Shown one piece after another: positions 1-17,226 of a stretch of DNA of 64,000 nt; position 1 is the stretch's first letter; each line of letters starts with the position of its first letter. Origin of the DNA: Macrostomum hystrix. Taxonomy: Eukaryota; Animalia; Platyhelminthes. The notes under the pieces are model-generated. The model searched no databases. It saw only the letters and a program-made list of their open reading frames with translations, and was not told the DNA's origin. The stretch covers positions 2,480,001 to 2,544,000 of the forward strand of contig CATNEN010000005.1 in the NCBI GenBank assembly GCA_950097015.1, given 5' to 3'. The position numbers were made by a program, and so were the translations under genes.

Positions 1-1863
1 CATTCCTGTGTGTTGTAAATATCGTTTGTATTCCCTCTTTGACTGCCATGTCAACATCAAGGGGTTCCTGTGGCATTGAGTCTACTGTGCAAAGGCCTTT
101 AAAATCTCATGTTCTGGGTTACCTACTACTTACCACCTAGTCTCGTATTTCTGCATTCCTTTGGTTTACAGTCCCTTAAATTAGTGATGATCTCTGTAGA
201 AAACGTAGGCCCTATAGAAAAATGAAAATGATTGTTTTAATTGTAATAGGGCTTATGACTCTACTTTTCACAGCCTCAATCTGTCTTATTTCCACTCTGG
301 ACACTTATTTCCTTAGTATATTAAATAACACAACAATTTCCTTTTCAAGGATGTTACTCAGATATCGCCTTTTCTTCGGCTCACTGGCAAGGTGTATTTT
401 TTACTATAAAATTTTCTCCTGTATATAATGTTCCTAAAATTAGTTTTAATTAAATTTAATTTTGTTTTTAGTTTTAAGTTTTAAGTTTTAATTAATTTCC
501 CTTAAATATATAAAATATTTAGAATATATGGCATAGATATATATATATATAGATTTTGAACTTCGGCATGTTTGGCTTCAGGGTGATGCGACACTTATGT
601 GTGTGAAATTAGTATGCTGTTGCACATCTTAACTACTTTCTTCAGCTTGAGTTCACAATCATTTACATTTCTGCAATTTAAATAATTTTAAACCACCAAA
701 TGTAATGTGTATTCTGTGATCATGTTACTCAGTAATTCTATCACTGCTACTAACCACAGTAAACCCCCTACCTTTGGTTCACTATCATTTACATATATTT
801 CTGCCATTTGATCCTAAACCAATGTGGATATATAGGTTTCATTTCATTAAACAGATTATGACACAAAACAAAACAAAAAAGCACAGTTTATCTTCATTTT
901 GTTTTAATTTATCAACCCATAATAGCTAGAAAGGAAAAATTGCATGGGCAGTTGAAAAAAAAGTATTTGTAATCTAAAGGAATGCTGGTAATTTTATGTG
1001 TATAACTGGCTGTCACTGACAAAACTCATTATAAATTTTTTAACTTGTTAATTGTTAGTGTATTTTGTCCTTCTGCATTACACAATATTTTTTGTCTGAA
1101 CAGTAGTGCCCCAAAAGGGGGGCTTGGTGTTGTTAGTTGTTACTCACTAAAAATTTTCTCTAGCTATATCTAAAGGTCATCAAGTTTTTTGAGACAATTT
1201 AAAGAGAGAAAACAATCTAAACATGTGAAACTAAAAATTACATATTTATTGCATTCTAATCAAATCACAAATTTATTTATATAACTATGTGCCAATTTTT
1301 AATTAGCAAAGCTGTACTAGTATCAAAAATCTTTCATTTGATTATTGTTTCTTTTTTAATTTGTGCCAAACATCATTTAAACTCAGTTGCCTATAGGTTA
1401 TAAAAATATCTTTTTGTACAGTAAGTTCTAGTATATATTCAGAATTAAAAAATAAAAATAAATTCTGGTTTTTATACAGCAATTTGCTTTCTGCCATTGC
1501 TAATTCATTAATGTGATTTCCAGGTTTTTCCTCATAAATTTATAAAGAATTGACATATTAAGTTTATCCTGGGGCCCAGTAGGTTGTGGCATTTTTGGTG
1601 AGCATTCAGTTCTGTTTGTTTACAGCTTGCAAAGGTTGCCAACCAGAAAACTGGCTTGCAGAAATGTGTGTTTGCTGCCGCCAGATCTTTTCCCGACATA
1701 AAGTCAGCTAGTGCAAAAAACTTTCCCTTCCGGGCAAGCTGCACAATTTCCCAAGCTTTCTCTTATTGGCTTCACTTCAAATTAATGTGGCCTTGCCACA
1801 AATTATGAACTAATATTCATAATAACAGTAACAATGTGTTCCTCCACATAACCTAATCATTAA

Positions 1864-6057
<4,194 letters not shown>

Positions 6058-6874
6058 TCTGACTAATTCTTCCGTCTATTTTGACTTTGTTGTAAGCTAG
6101 TGTTGTTGGCTATGTGGCATTGATTGATGATCCAAATGAAAGCTGGCTTGTCTGTGTTCGTTGTGTTTGTTTGTCTTTTTTACGATTTTTTAACTTCCTT
6201 TGCTTCTATTGTTGCTTCTATTCCTATTTTGTTGGGTCGGGGTTTCGCGTGCCAAAAAACGGTTACAAAAATATTCTGGAACAATGAGTGTTTAAAAACA
6301 AATCTCTCATTCTACTACATTCTACTATAAGTAGTTCAGGTTTATTGTTTCTTTTGTTTAAAAAAAGTCACAAGAAGGACAACTTGTGTGTTTTTATACA
6401 TTTTTATTCATATTGAGGTTCTTCCTCTGTAATCATGGCTAGGCAATTTTCGATTTGAAGAAGTAGTTTAATTTAAGTTTAATAGTGTGTTTCCCTCTTT
6501 AAAATTCTAAAAAATCTGTTTTTGTTAATTCTCACAAAAGTACCAACTTTTCTCCATTTCGCTAGTTGCATTGAATTATGACCAGCTTATTTTTATTCGA
6601 TTTGCTTAAACGACGACTTAAAAAGTAAATTAGTTCTGTCACCTTTTTTTACTAATTAAAATGTGCAAGCAGACAGTTAAGGTCTGAATTTTTTGTGACT
6701 AAAACACCTGTTTGCCTTTTTGTTTAACTGATTTTTCTGTAGGTTTTTCTCTAGCGTTTGTCAGAGTTTTTAATTTTATAATTATATATTTACTTTCCAT
6801 CGTATTCAGTTTTCAGTAGGCTTTCTGATTTATCTGTCTCTCGCTTTGAGTAAAGTTTCGGGCCTCGAACACTG

Positions 6875-6896
6875 GTGCTGCTGCTGCTGCTGCTGC
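6875..6896. repeat. (CTG)n microsatellite
   Basis: gtgctgctgctgctgctgctgcc. Confidence 0.85.
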
Positions 6897-7269
6897 CAAT
6901 TGCTTGCGACATGATTGACTTCCTCTTTCATTCATTCTATATTTTCCTTCCCCCCTCTCTCTTTTCCTCTAACCTCTCTTATCGTCCCATTTCAGTGGTT
7001 TAAAAAACTATTCCTTCATATATATACTCGTTTGTACTGACAGTACACTAGTTGTATTCTAATGTCTATTCTCTTGGGATTATGTACTTTTTTCAGAGAA
7101 GCTGAAGTTGCAGTAATGTTAATTTATTGTAGTATCGAAACTCTACCCTCATCGCTTACCTTAGGACATTATAAGAATACTATAAAGCTTCTTCTCAAGT
7201 CCTTAGCTCCGCAAACCTCTCAATTAACAAACCGAAAACTAAAAAACATGAATTATTATCAAACCCTAT

Positions 7270-7600
7270 GCTTCAAAATCCCAGAGAATTAACAAACTCT
7301 AACCTTCAAAAACCTGAGGATTATCAAACCCTAACCTTCAAAAACTTAAGGATTATCAAACTCTAAGTTAAAAAAACCTGAGGATTATCAAACTCTTAGC
7401 TTAAAAAACCCGAGGATTATCAAACCCCAAGCTTCAAGAACCCGAGGATTATCAAACTCTAAATAAAAAACCCGAGGATTATCAAACCCCAAGCTTCAAA
7501 AATCCGAGAATTATCAAACCCCAAGCTTAAAAAATCCGAGGATTATTAAACTCTTAGCTTAAAAAACCCGAGGATTATCAAACTCTAACCTTCAAAAACA
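7270..7600. repeat. Degenerate minisatellite, ~31-bp unit AAAAACCCGAGGATTATCAAACCCTAAGCTTC
   Basis: GAGGATTATCAAAC recurs about every 31 bp. Confidence 0.9.
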
Positions 7601-8213
7601 TAATGTACTTCTTGTTTAGGGTCAAATGAAGGTCACCCGCCCGTCTTTGTTTTTATCCCTCATCGATAGAAGGATTAAGCAACTAAGCAGCTAATATATG
7701 CCTAAAGCCGGCTTGTCCTGAAATATTTTTAATCTCTGGCCCAATTGTGAGAGCTGATGATTTGAGAACAGTATTGAGAATTCCCAATAGGCCATCTGGA
7801 CAGGTCTTCTAGCCCACTAAATCGGGTCAGGCAGACGGCTAAAACTAGCATGAGAGAAAGAGACATATCGGCCCCGTCCCGTACAGTCTCTAACTTATGT
7901 TTTCTGTCCTTCAAATCTTTTTTCTTCTGGTCAATTTTTCCTGGGTTAGAGAGGCGAGTAAGAGAGCCGACCATTTTGGATTGGCCGGATAACGAAGCAT
8001 GGAGATCGGGTGGGGTTGGGTGCAGTACAGTACTGTACAGTTGGTCTGGCTTGGCCTTGAACAGTTCGTAATGCAGCCTGTTTGTTATCCACTTCTAGAT
8101 ATATTAGTGCTTTGTCATTTGTCTGGTTTTCTACTAGCTAGAATTTCGCTTTTAACTGGTTATATTTCTAGTCTTATCTAAACCAATTCATTCTAAATTC
8201 ATACTATCTATCA

Positions 8214-11200
8214 ATGGTGAGAAATGTTATTTCTTGATTATATAAAAGTACATGTTTTTAATATGTCGTCCGTAAACTTAAGACGCTTACGTTTAGTAAT
8301 TAGTAAGTTTTAATACTTTAAGTATGTTTATGTTTATGTACTTTTAGTACATTATTTACATGCTGATGCACTTATTTTAAAGTTATAGTATACAAAATAA
8401 AATACTATAATTTTACTAACGAGCATATTCGTATTGTATGCTGCTAGTGTAAACACTAATGTACTTATTTTTAGATGATAATGCAAACACAAATGTACTT
8501 ATTGTTAGATGATAATGTAAACACAAGGGGGCGAGTGGGTCAGCGGCTAGCGTCACTACCTCGCACTCCAATGGACGCTAGTTCGATTCTCGCTTCAAGT
8601 CACGATTAATTTCGGGACTTGTTGGAGGGTTTGGACAGTAGCGACCAGCGGAGGTGCACCATATTTCCTGCAATCAAAGCTTGAGATAATAGCTTCGCTC
8701 CTACCTTTCTGTGTGCCTGTTCTGCGTTGTGTGAGTTGTGTGCGAGTGTGTGGCGGGTGGCTGGCGGGCGGGTGTACACCGCCGCGCGCTTTCTGGATTT
8801 CCGTCATCGCGATTGGATAAGTGTACACTCATCACCCGCCCCCCCTGAGGACTGATTTCATATCAGCCTTCCGCCCCGGCTTGGTCTGCTCTGTGCGTGT
8901 GGGGCTGGGGCACTGCTGCCTATTCTGGGTGCCTCCTGACCTCCTCGGCTGGTCTGTGCTGCTGTGTGTTGTGCCTGCTCAGGGGAGACGGCGCGATGGG
9001 CGCTAGCCTAGTTCGCCGGTCTGGGGGCGTGCCGCTCCGTCGCTTGTGCGACAAGTGCCCCGGGCCCCCCTGCAAATAGATAGAGATAGTGTAAACACAA
9101 ATGTACTTATCGTATGATGCTAATGTAAACACGACTTTAACTTACTTACGATGCTAATGTACACACGAATGTACTCATAGCTCGATGCAAATGTACACAC
9201 GAATGTAATTTAAAACTATCCCTTCCGTACTACACAGACATAAAAGTACATTTCAATAAAACGTCGCGATCAATTGCCATCTTCAGGGTGCCCAGCAGAG
9301 CTACACTCTAGCCGACGTGCGCCAACGAGCCGAAGCCGGCGTCAACGCCTCGGCTTCCGGCGACGCCAACGATGAGAATCGTGACGCCGCCATTCAAGGC
9401 GTCCGTCTAGGCCTTCCAGCCGGCAACAGCAGCCGCAACGTGGTCGAAGCCAATATTGACAGCATGTCGCGGGAGAAACTCATCGAGCACCTCGCCCAGC
9501 TTGGCGTACCGCCGGCCGCCGAGGTGACCGACGCCGATTTGGCCGCCATGCTGAAATTGGTGGTGCGCAGCGACTTTTGGCGCGGCGTCTGGCAGCTGCA
9601 TCCGAATAAGGGCCTGCTGCGCATGTGGATGTACTCTCACGATGGATTTAGGAAGCGATTGGCTGCTATGCGCCAGACTGTGGCCGGCGATGCCGACCTC
9701 ACCGCTGCTCAGGTTGGCCTTGAGTTCATCATATTTTGCTATTTTCTAGTATATTAGTATATAAAGTCTAGTATATTTCGATTCTGGGATATTTACGATT
9801 GGGATATTTTAAATCGGGTATATTTTAAGCTTGGGATATTTTGAATCTGGGATATTTCACGCTTGGAATATTTTGAATCTGGGATATTTTATGCTTGGGA
9901 TATTTTGAATCTGGGTTATTTCACGCTTGGAATATTTTGAATCTGGGATATTTAACGCTTGGAATATTTTGAATCTGGGTTATTTCACGCTTGGAATATT
10001 TTGAATCTGGGTTATTTCACGCTTGGGATATTTTGAATCTGGGTTATTTCACGCTTGGAATATTTTGAATCTGGGATATTTTATGCTTGGGATATTTTGA
10101 ATCTGGGTTATTTCACGCTTGGGATATTTTGAATCTGGGTTATTTCACGCTTGGAATATTTTGAATCTGGGATATTTTATGCTTGGGATATTTTGAATCT
10201 GGGTTATTTCACGCTTGGGATATTTTGAATCTGGGTTATTTCACGCTTGGGATATTTTGAATCTGGGATATTTAACGCTTGGAATATTTTGAATCTGGGT
10301 TATTTCACGCTTGGGATATTTTGAATCTGGGTTATTTCACGCTTGGGATATTTTGAATCTGGGATATTTTATGCTTGGGATATTTTGAATCTGGGTTATT
10401 TCACGCTTGGAATATTTTGAATCTGGGATATTTAACGCTTGGAATATTTTGAATCTGGGTTATTTCACGCTTGGGATATTTTGAATCTGGGTTATTTCAC
10501 GCTTGGGATATTTTGAATCTGGGATATTTCACGCTTGGAATATTTTGAATCTGAGATATTTTATGCTTGGGATATTTTGAATCTGGGATATTTTGAATCT
10601 GGGATATTTCACGCTTGGGATATTTTGAATCTGGGATATTTCACGCTTGGGATATTTTGAATCTGGGATATTTCACGCTTGGGATATTTTGAATCGGGAT
10701 ATTTCACGCTTGGAATATTTTGAATCGGGATATTTCACGCTTGGGATATTTTGAATCGGGATATTTCACGCTTGGGATATTTTGAATCGGGATATTTCAC
10801 GCTTGGGATATGCCACGCTAAGGAGAGTTTAAGGTTTTAATACTTCGAATCTAGGATTTTAGCTTCGATTATTAATATAACTGGGATTTCTAACACAGCT
10901 TGGAAAATTTCAAATTCGCGATATTTTGCAATTGGAAAACTATTGCACAATTATTTAAGTTATTTAAGCTTAAATAAACCCATTGAGGCCAGGTGTACAG
11001 ACTAGTGATACATTTGCAGCTTATATGAGACTCGAACTCGCGACCTCTTAGAAAAACAATCAAAAGTTCGTATTCATTAAATTTATTCTAACAAATGTTC
11101 TTCAACCAAAACAGGTGGCGGACGTTGATAGCCATCTGCAGGGCTTCCTAAAGAAGAACTCGCCGCATTCGGAATTCGAGGACGCCCAACTGTTTCCCTT

Positions 11201-11507
11201 TTTTAAAGAGGCCTATCCTCAATTTGCGCAATTCTGGCTAGAGATTGACAATCAGCACGCCAAATTTGACGAACTGTTTAAGAAGGCCAACGAAGCCATC
11301 GCCTCGGTAGCTGCCGGGGGAGCCAGCGGCGACGCCAAAAAATCTGTGGCCGCCGCCGTCAACGGGCTGGCCGATTTCTACGAGGCTCATCTGCTACTAG
11401 AGGAGCGCCTGATGGTGCCTCTCTGGCTGAATGTCAACGAGGCCCAGAAGGCGGACCTGCGCAGCCGCCTTAGTGGCATGTACTGGCTATCGTCTTATTC
11501 GTTCTGA
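8214..11507 (+). CDS. Hemerythrin-like (HHE cation-binding domain) protein; probable exons 8214-8216 (ATG only), 9287-9712, 11115-11507
   Basis: The two main exons join in phase 0 (CAG|gt..ag|GTG). Four-helix metal-ligand pattern: MYSH, HSEFED, NQH, HLLLEE..VP. ATG|gtgaga at 8214-8222 is a candidate start exon giving MGAQQS. Confidence 0.82.
8455..9210. repeat. Degenerate ~34-bp repeat (GATAATGYAAACACAAATGTACTT) split by the SINE B insertion
   Basis: Copies at 8455-8526 and 9090-9210. Confidence 0.7.
8527..9089 (+). mobile_element. tRNA-derived SINE family B, full length with 11-bp TSD
   Basis: Head GGGGGCGAGTGGGTCAGCGG...GTTCGATTC; tail CCTGCAAATAGATAGAGATAG; TSD TGTAAACACAA at 8516-8526 and 9090-9100. 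Confidence 0.88.
9775..10810. repeat. Minisatellite, 32-bp unit = two related 16-mers (GGGATATTTTGAATCT + GGGATATTTCACGCTT), in hemerythrin intron
   Basis: Direct reading; period 32. Confidence 0.97.
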
Positions 11508-11649
11508 AACAATTTTTTTTAATATCTTCAATATTTTCGTAATAATTAGCTAATTTCAGCGACCAATTTTTTCTTAAATATCGATCGATTTAAACAAAAA
11601 ATTTTATTTACAGCTGTTCAGTCCATAGACTATTTTAATACCTTCTAAA

Positions 11650-11880
11650 CAAGTGGCAGAGCGATCTAACGCTTTGGCCTCTCGCACCAAGGTTACCTGA
11701 GTTCGATTCCGCGGCGAGGCCCCCACATTCATTTGGGGCGCAGCCGCGGAGAGAAGGCTTTGGTGGCTTGTCTTGCAATTTACGCCCTTGAGGGCCAACC
11801 TCCAAGGTACAGTGACAGTGTACTCTTACACTTCCCGGCGATGAGAAAGTCTGGTCAGATTTACACACCTGTCTAAGCGT
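11650..11880 (+). mobile_element. SINE family A, 3'-truncated copy
   Basis: Shares head and CATTCATTTGGGGCGCAGCCGCGGAGAGAAGGCTT and CCCTTGAGGGCCAACCTCCAAGG with the 2752 copy. Confidence 0.85.
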
Positions 11881-12749
11881 ATAATATTAGAAAATTTAAG
11901 TCATTATTAAGTCATCTTCTGACTATTGTTTGTATCCACCAATATAGTTAGGAACTAAAATTAGTTTTTTTAAGCGGCATTTTCATTGCCGTATTTTGTT
12001 AGCTTTTCGTGTTAGCATTCTGGTGTCATTTATCCAGCGAACCCATTTATCTGGGTTCTCTTTAAGCACACAAAAACGATATTATATCAATTGTAGATGT
12101 TGTAAATTTAATCATCTAAGCTTGTACTTTAGTCTGTCAGTCGTTCAATAAAACAATATATAAACGCTATCCTTCTGGTTATATTTTAAGTGTTTAATTT
12201 CATGTCAACAAACAGCCTGACATCTGCTTGATTTTCTGTGAATAAGTTTGTCACTATTTTAGATTAGATTTTCAGATAATAGATTTTAGAACGTTTTTGT
12301 CAGCTTTTTGCTAAAAACTGAAATTAGCCAGTGATTTCTTGTTCTAGTTTTTTCATTTAAATGCAGACGTTCAATATACTACTAAGTTTTTATGCCGTAT
12401 AAGTAGTGCCATTTTCATACCTAGATGTATTTAGTTTAATCTCTATTTTATCATACTAGTTTACTTCATTAATTTCTATGCTTTCTGTTTTATTGTTTTT
12501 TGTGTTCTTCGCATTATTTTTTTCGCATTAATCTCGCTTGTCGTACGCTGATACTAATCAGTAGTAACTTGCGCTTGTGCATTAGTATTTTTGTCGTTTA
12601 CAAAAATATATTATTGATGTCCAAACTTGCCTTCTCAGTCTAATAGTTTCATCTCATTTGAAGAGAGGCTTAAGCTGTTTTCTTCTGTCAATTATTTTCT
12701 TTAAAAAATAAATTAGCAAATGTTGTTTCAAAATTAGGTCTGAATTTAA

Positions 12750-12948
12750 GGGGAGCGGCGTCTCGCACGAAGGTACCTAAGCACGATTCCGCGGCGAGGC
12801 CCTTGTAGGCTTGTTGTGCAATTTACGTCCTTGAGGACCAACCTCCAAGGCACAGTGAAGTGTACGAGTACACTGCCTGACGATGAGAAAGTCAGGGCAG
12901 ATGTACACACCTGTGTGAGTGTGTGGCTGCGTACAGTGTCTCTGTGCG
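12750..12948 (+). mobile_element. SINE family A, degenerate partial copy
   Basis: CAACCTCCAAGGCAC and GATGAGAAAGTCAGGGCAGATGTACACACCTGTGTGAG match the 2752 copy. Confidence 0.82.
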
Positions 12949-13418
12949 TTTTGGCCCAGGAACAATTAATTCATTTCTAATCGGTGTGAATTTAAGTCAG
13001 CTGTAGTTTAATATCATGTGTTTATCATTATTTTATTATACTTAGCTTATAATCTGCGTCATTATTTTAATTTCTTAAACTCATAAGCCTGGTCGTGGGT
13101 AAGTAGACTGCAATGTACTTTTAAATCAAATACGTTGCATCTACGTAGGCTTAGAGTTGGCACTCGAATTGTGTTTATTTAAGGCTCACTGCTCAATTTA
13201 GGGGTGTAGTTTGCTCTAGCGGACGATTCTCTATAAGTGCTTGCTTGTCTTCTTTAAAGCTCTATATAATTTAGAAACGATTCACTCAGAGGTCCGAGGC
13301 GAAACGGCTATAAAAATTATCTAGAATTTATTTAAAGAAATTCTAAGGATGAGGAACATTATAATCTGTATCTTTATCAATTTGCAGCCTGTGAAACGAT
13401 TTCTAAAAACCTATCGCA

Positions 13419-16400
13419 ATGGCTTCATCCGTGGTCCATTCAAGGGCCTATTTGTTGATTGAACAGGAGCTGCTCAAAATTGAGAAGAATCCTATCAAGG
13501 TAGGATTTAATAGTTTAGGTTCTTATAGTTATTGTGTCAGACAGTGAAAAAATTGAATTTTTTATTGCCAGGGCATTCGAGTTTATCCCACTCGCGCTGG
13601 CAATCTATTCTCATTGTCGGCTAAGATCAAAGGTTTGCCAGACACCCTGTGGGACGGCGGCATACTAAAACTGCGGCTGCGCTTCTCTGAGAGCTACAAT
13701 TTTGTACCGCCGGAGGCTAATTTTGTCACCGTGCCGTTTCATCCAAATGGTGAGTGGACTACTGGCTTGGGGTTTTTAGATCGAGCACGCATTCCTGTTT
13801 CTTACATTGAGCTCAACTTTCAGTTTCTGAGATTAAGCACATTTTTTAGTATCTTAGATTGAGCACACCTTGAGCACATTTTAGATTGAGCACACCTTCC
13901 AGTTTCTGAGATTGAGTACACTTTCCATTTCCTGAGATTGAGCACACCTTCCTGTTTCTTACATTAAGCGCATCTTTTAGTTTCTTAGGTTGAGCACACC
14001 TTCCAGTTTCTGAGATTGAGCACACCTTCCAGTTTCTGAGATTGAGCACACCTTCCAGTTTCTGAGATTGAGCACGCTTTCTAGTTTCTGAGATTGAGCA
14101 CACCTTCCTGTTTCTTACATTAAGCGCATCTTCAGTTTCTGAGATTGAGCACACCTTCCAGTTTCTGAGATTGAGCACACCTTCCAGTTCCTGAGATTGA
14201 GCACACCTTCCAGTTTCTGAGATTGAGCACGCTTTCTAGTTTCTGAGATTGAGCACACCTTCCAGTTTCTGAGATTGAGCACACCTTCCAGTTCCTGAGA
14301 TTGAGCACACCTTCCAGTTTCTGAGATTGAGCACGCTTTCTAGTTTCTGAGATTGAGCACACCTTCCAGTTTCTGAGATTGAGCACATCTTTCAGTTTCT
14401 GAGATTGAGCACACCTTCCAGTTTCTGAGATTGAGCACACCTTCCAGTTCCTGAGATTGAGCACACATTGAACATTAGCAACTCACCCATGGAACTCCAG
14501 TTGAGCCGGATACCGGTCGAGTCGCCTGTCCATTCCTGGACGATCCACAGAAATGGAACGCGGCTGTGTCATTATCCGACCTATTAATTTGCATTCAACG
14601 GCAACTAACCGAACCAAATCCGCATCTTGTACTAAACTCGGAGGCTGAATATATGATGAGGCACGACTATGAGCAGTACAAGAGCGTGGTTGCTCAGTGC
14701 GTACAGATGAGCCAAATTGTGGAAAGTGAGTCTAAGTTACTCTCTTGAAAATCGGAATTTAAACTTTTTTTGTTTTATACTTGAACCAATTATCGATTGT
14801 TTTTTTATCGATCTAAAATTCGTTTAGCAGCAGCAGCTGTGTCAGTTTCTCCACTGTTGCCTTCGGCTAAGCCTCTGCGAACGGACATCAGAATTACGAT
14901 TTGTAATCGTCATATTTTCAATCCTCTTTTTTATTGACGTGTCTGATTTAAATTGTTTCTATTTTAATAACGAAAATTCCTTCGCTGAGATATAAAATGA
15001 ATTTAGACATTTAAAAATAACCAGAAAGTCCCCTTACTAAAAAATACTTCGTTTATTAGCAAATTGTTAGCAAGTGATTTCCGTATTTACTGTCGCAAAA
15101 AGTACATGTGTACTTTTAATGCATATGCTCTTCAAATGTGCATTCATTGCATTTCATCTGTACTAATAAATTTCGTCAGAAATTTTCATTTGTACTAATA
15201 AATTGCGTTGGTACTATTCATTTGTACTAATAAAGTTCGTATGTACTTTTTATTTGTTCTAATAGAGTTCGTATGTACTTTTCATTTGTACTAATAGAGT
15301 TCGTATGTACTTTTCATTTGTGTACTAATAGTGTTCGTATGTACTTTTCATTTGTACTATTAATGATCGTAGGTACTTTTCATTTGTACTTTCAATGCGT
15401 TTTTAGCATTAAATGGTTTTTTTGTTATCGCTTTTTTGTACTTTAACTAAGGTGTCTTATTTAAACTAATAAAAATCCCATGTTTATTTTCACTCCAAGA
15501 CTCGCCGGACACTCTTCGCCCATTTTCCCCATCCGGCGATGACGAATTAGACGACGAATTCGCGTCGCGCGGTCTTCGCCGGCCAGTTGAGATTGAGTAC
15601 GATCTAGATTACCTAAACAGGCCGACTCCTAAGCCGAAGCCGCCACAAAGGAAGATCAACTTTGAAAGTTATCACGCCGATTGGACTAAACTGGCTACGT
15701 CTAAAACTGTCGACAAAGAGCCATTTAACCCGGGTAAGCCTCGCTTTCACTGTAAAAGTTTAGGTTCACCATTCGGCATTGTTGCCAGGGCCTTAGACAG
15801 GAATCCCGGCTTTGAAAGTTGATTCATCGTAAACGGGCGAAACTTTTTGATCCAAATTGAGCTGAGGACTCTCACAAAAATCTGATTCTAAATCTCTTAC
15901 TTTTCAGCTTCAGTCTGGCACACTGCGGACACTTTGTCGGCCAAGATGGAAAAGTATGTGTTCTATTTTTCCTATATGTAGCTCGTACGTATTATCACAT
16001 TCTTTCATAATCGATAGTGTTTTTTCCAACTCATTATTAACCTTCTAGCCATCGTCGGTTAAAATACGGAAATGCTGGCAAATCTCAGCAGAAACAGCAG
16101 CAGCAACAACATTTGGAATCGAACCTGGAACGCTTGGACCAGATGAAACGACTTTATCTGGCACAGAGACACGCTTCTAGTGAGTTAAGATCAAACTATC
16201 CTACTATGAGTAGAAATATTAGGAAATGTCTGAGAAGAACGAGTGAAACACGAAAATACTTGATTGTCGCTTATTTCAGATGTTTCAACAAATCGTTCGC
16301 TAATTAGCGAAATCAAGAAACCATCAGCACCGCTGCAGCAGCATCATCACTTTGATGACGAAACAGAAGCTGAAGATCTAGTGCAGTGGACTAAAGACCT

Positions 16401-16437
16401 GCCTAACGATGAAGCATTGGAGAAAATCAAAGCTTAA
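13419..16437 (+). CDS. UBE2U: Ubiquitin-conjugating enzyme E2 U-like; exons 13419-13499, 13572-13749, 14501-14725, 15500-15733, 15908-15953, 16049-16179, 16280-16437
   Basis: HSRAYLLI N-terminus, VPFHPNV, FLDDPQKWN, FESYHADWTKLATSK and C-terminal EDLVQWTKDL match the UBE2U-specific blocks as I recall them. All junctions are GT-AG and phase-consistent. Confidence 0.9.
13800..14470. repeat. Minisatellite, 26-bp unit TTGAGCACACCTTCCAGTTTCTGAGA, in UBE2U intron 2
   Basis: Direct reading. Confidence 0.96.
15110..15390. repeat. Degenerate ~32-bp repeat (TTTTCATTTGTACTAATAGAGTTCGTATGTAC), in UBE2U intron 3
   Basis: Recurrent TTTGTACTAATA. Confidence 0.8.
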
Positions 16438-16721
16438 ATAACAGTTTCTGCAGAATCTACAGCAGTCGACTGTTATTGACTATTTTTCTCTCTAATATTT
16501 CAAACCCGTCTTGTAACTATTTTTTCCTGTTTCTACGACAAACGAAAACCTATTGTTCCGTCCATATAGATTTTTTTATGTTTGATGTAATCTCGTATTT
16601 AACTAATTAGAATGAAGTAAGTTTTTTCTTATAAAGTAATTTGTCTCCTATTACTTTTTTCAAATTTTTATCAATAGATTTGTAAGGTTTAAAATATTTG
16701 GAAAGTTAAGGATAATATATT

Positions 16722-17092
16722 AATCGACCGATCGATCGATTGACCCATTTATCTATCGATCGATTTATCGATTCACCCATTTATCTATCGATCGATATAT
16801 CGATTTTCGACTGATCTATTTACCCATTTATCTTTCTATCGATTTACAGATTATCGATCGATCGATTTACCCATTCATCTATCCATCGATTTATCGATTA
16901 TCGACCGATCGATCGATTTACCCATTTATCTATCGATTTATTTATCGATTATCAACCGATCGATTTATCGATTATCGACCGATTGATCGATTTACCCATT
17001 TATCTATCGATTTATTTATCGATTATCAACCGATCGATTTATCGATTATCGACCGATTGATCGATTTATTTACCAGATTGATTTATCGATTG
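16722..17092. repeat. ATCGAT/CGATCG-rich degenerate tandem repeat (one 74-bp duplication) between UBE2U and GST
   Basis: CCCATTTATCTATCGATTTATTTATCG at 16921 and 16995. Confidence 0.85.
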
Positions 17093-17226
17093 ATTTATCA
17101 GTTTTTTCATTACTTTTAAATACGATAAGAGTATCAGTTCTATTATTTTCGTACTTGTAAGCATTTACGCGCAATCTGCTTTTTTGAAGATACCAACTAA
17201 AATATACATTTTCAGCAACAGCAGTC

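Noticed and set aside
1532-1744. ORF with LADFMSGKDLAAANTHF, faintly like a LINE endonuclease segment
   Set aside because: Too short and no other APE or RT motifs nearby; at best a decayed fragment
7729-8181. Three short ORFs upstream of the hemerythrin gene
   Set aside because: No homology or consistent splice pattern; more likely 5' UTR or intergenic
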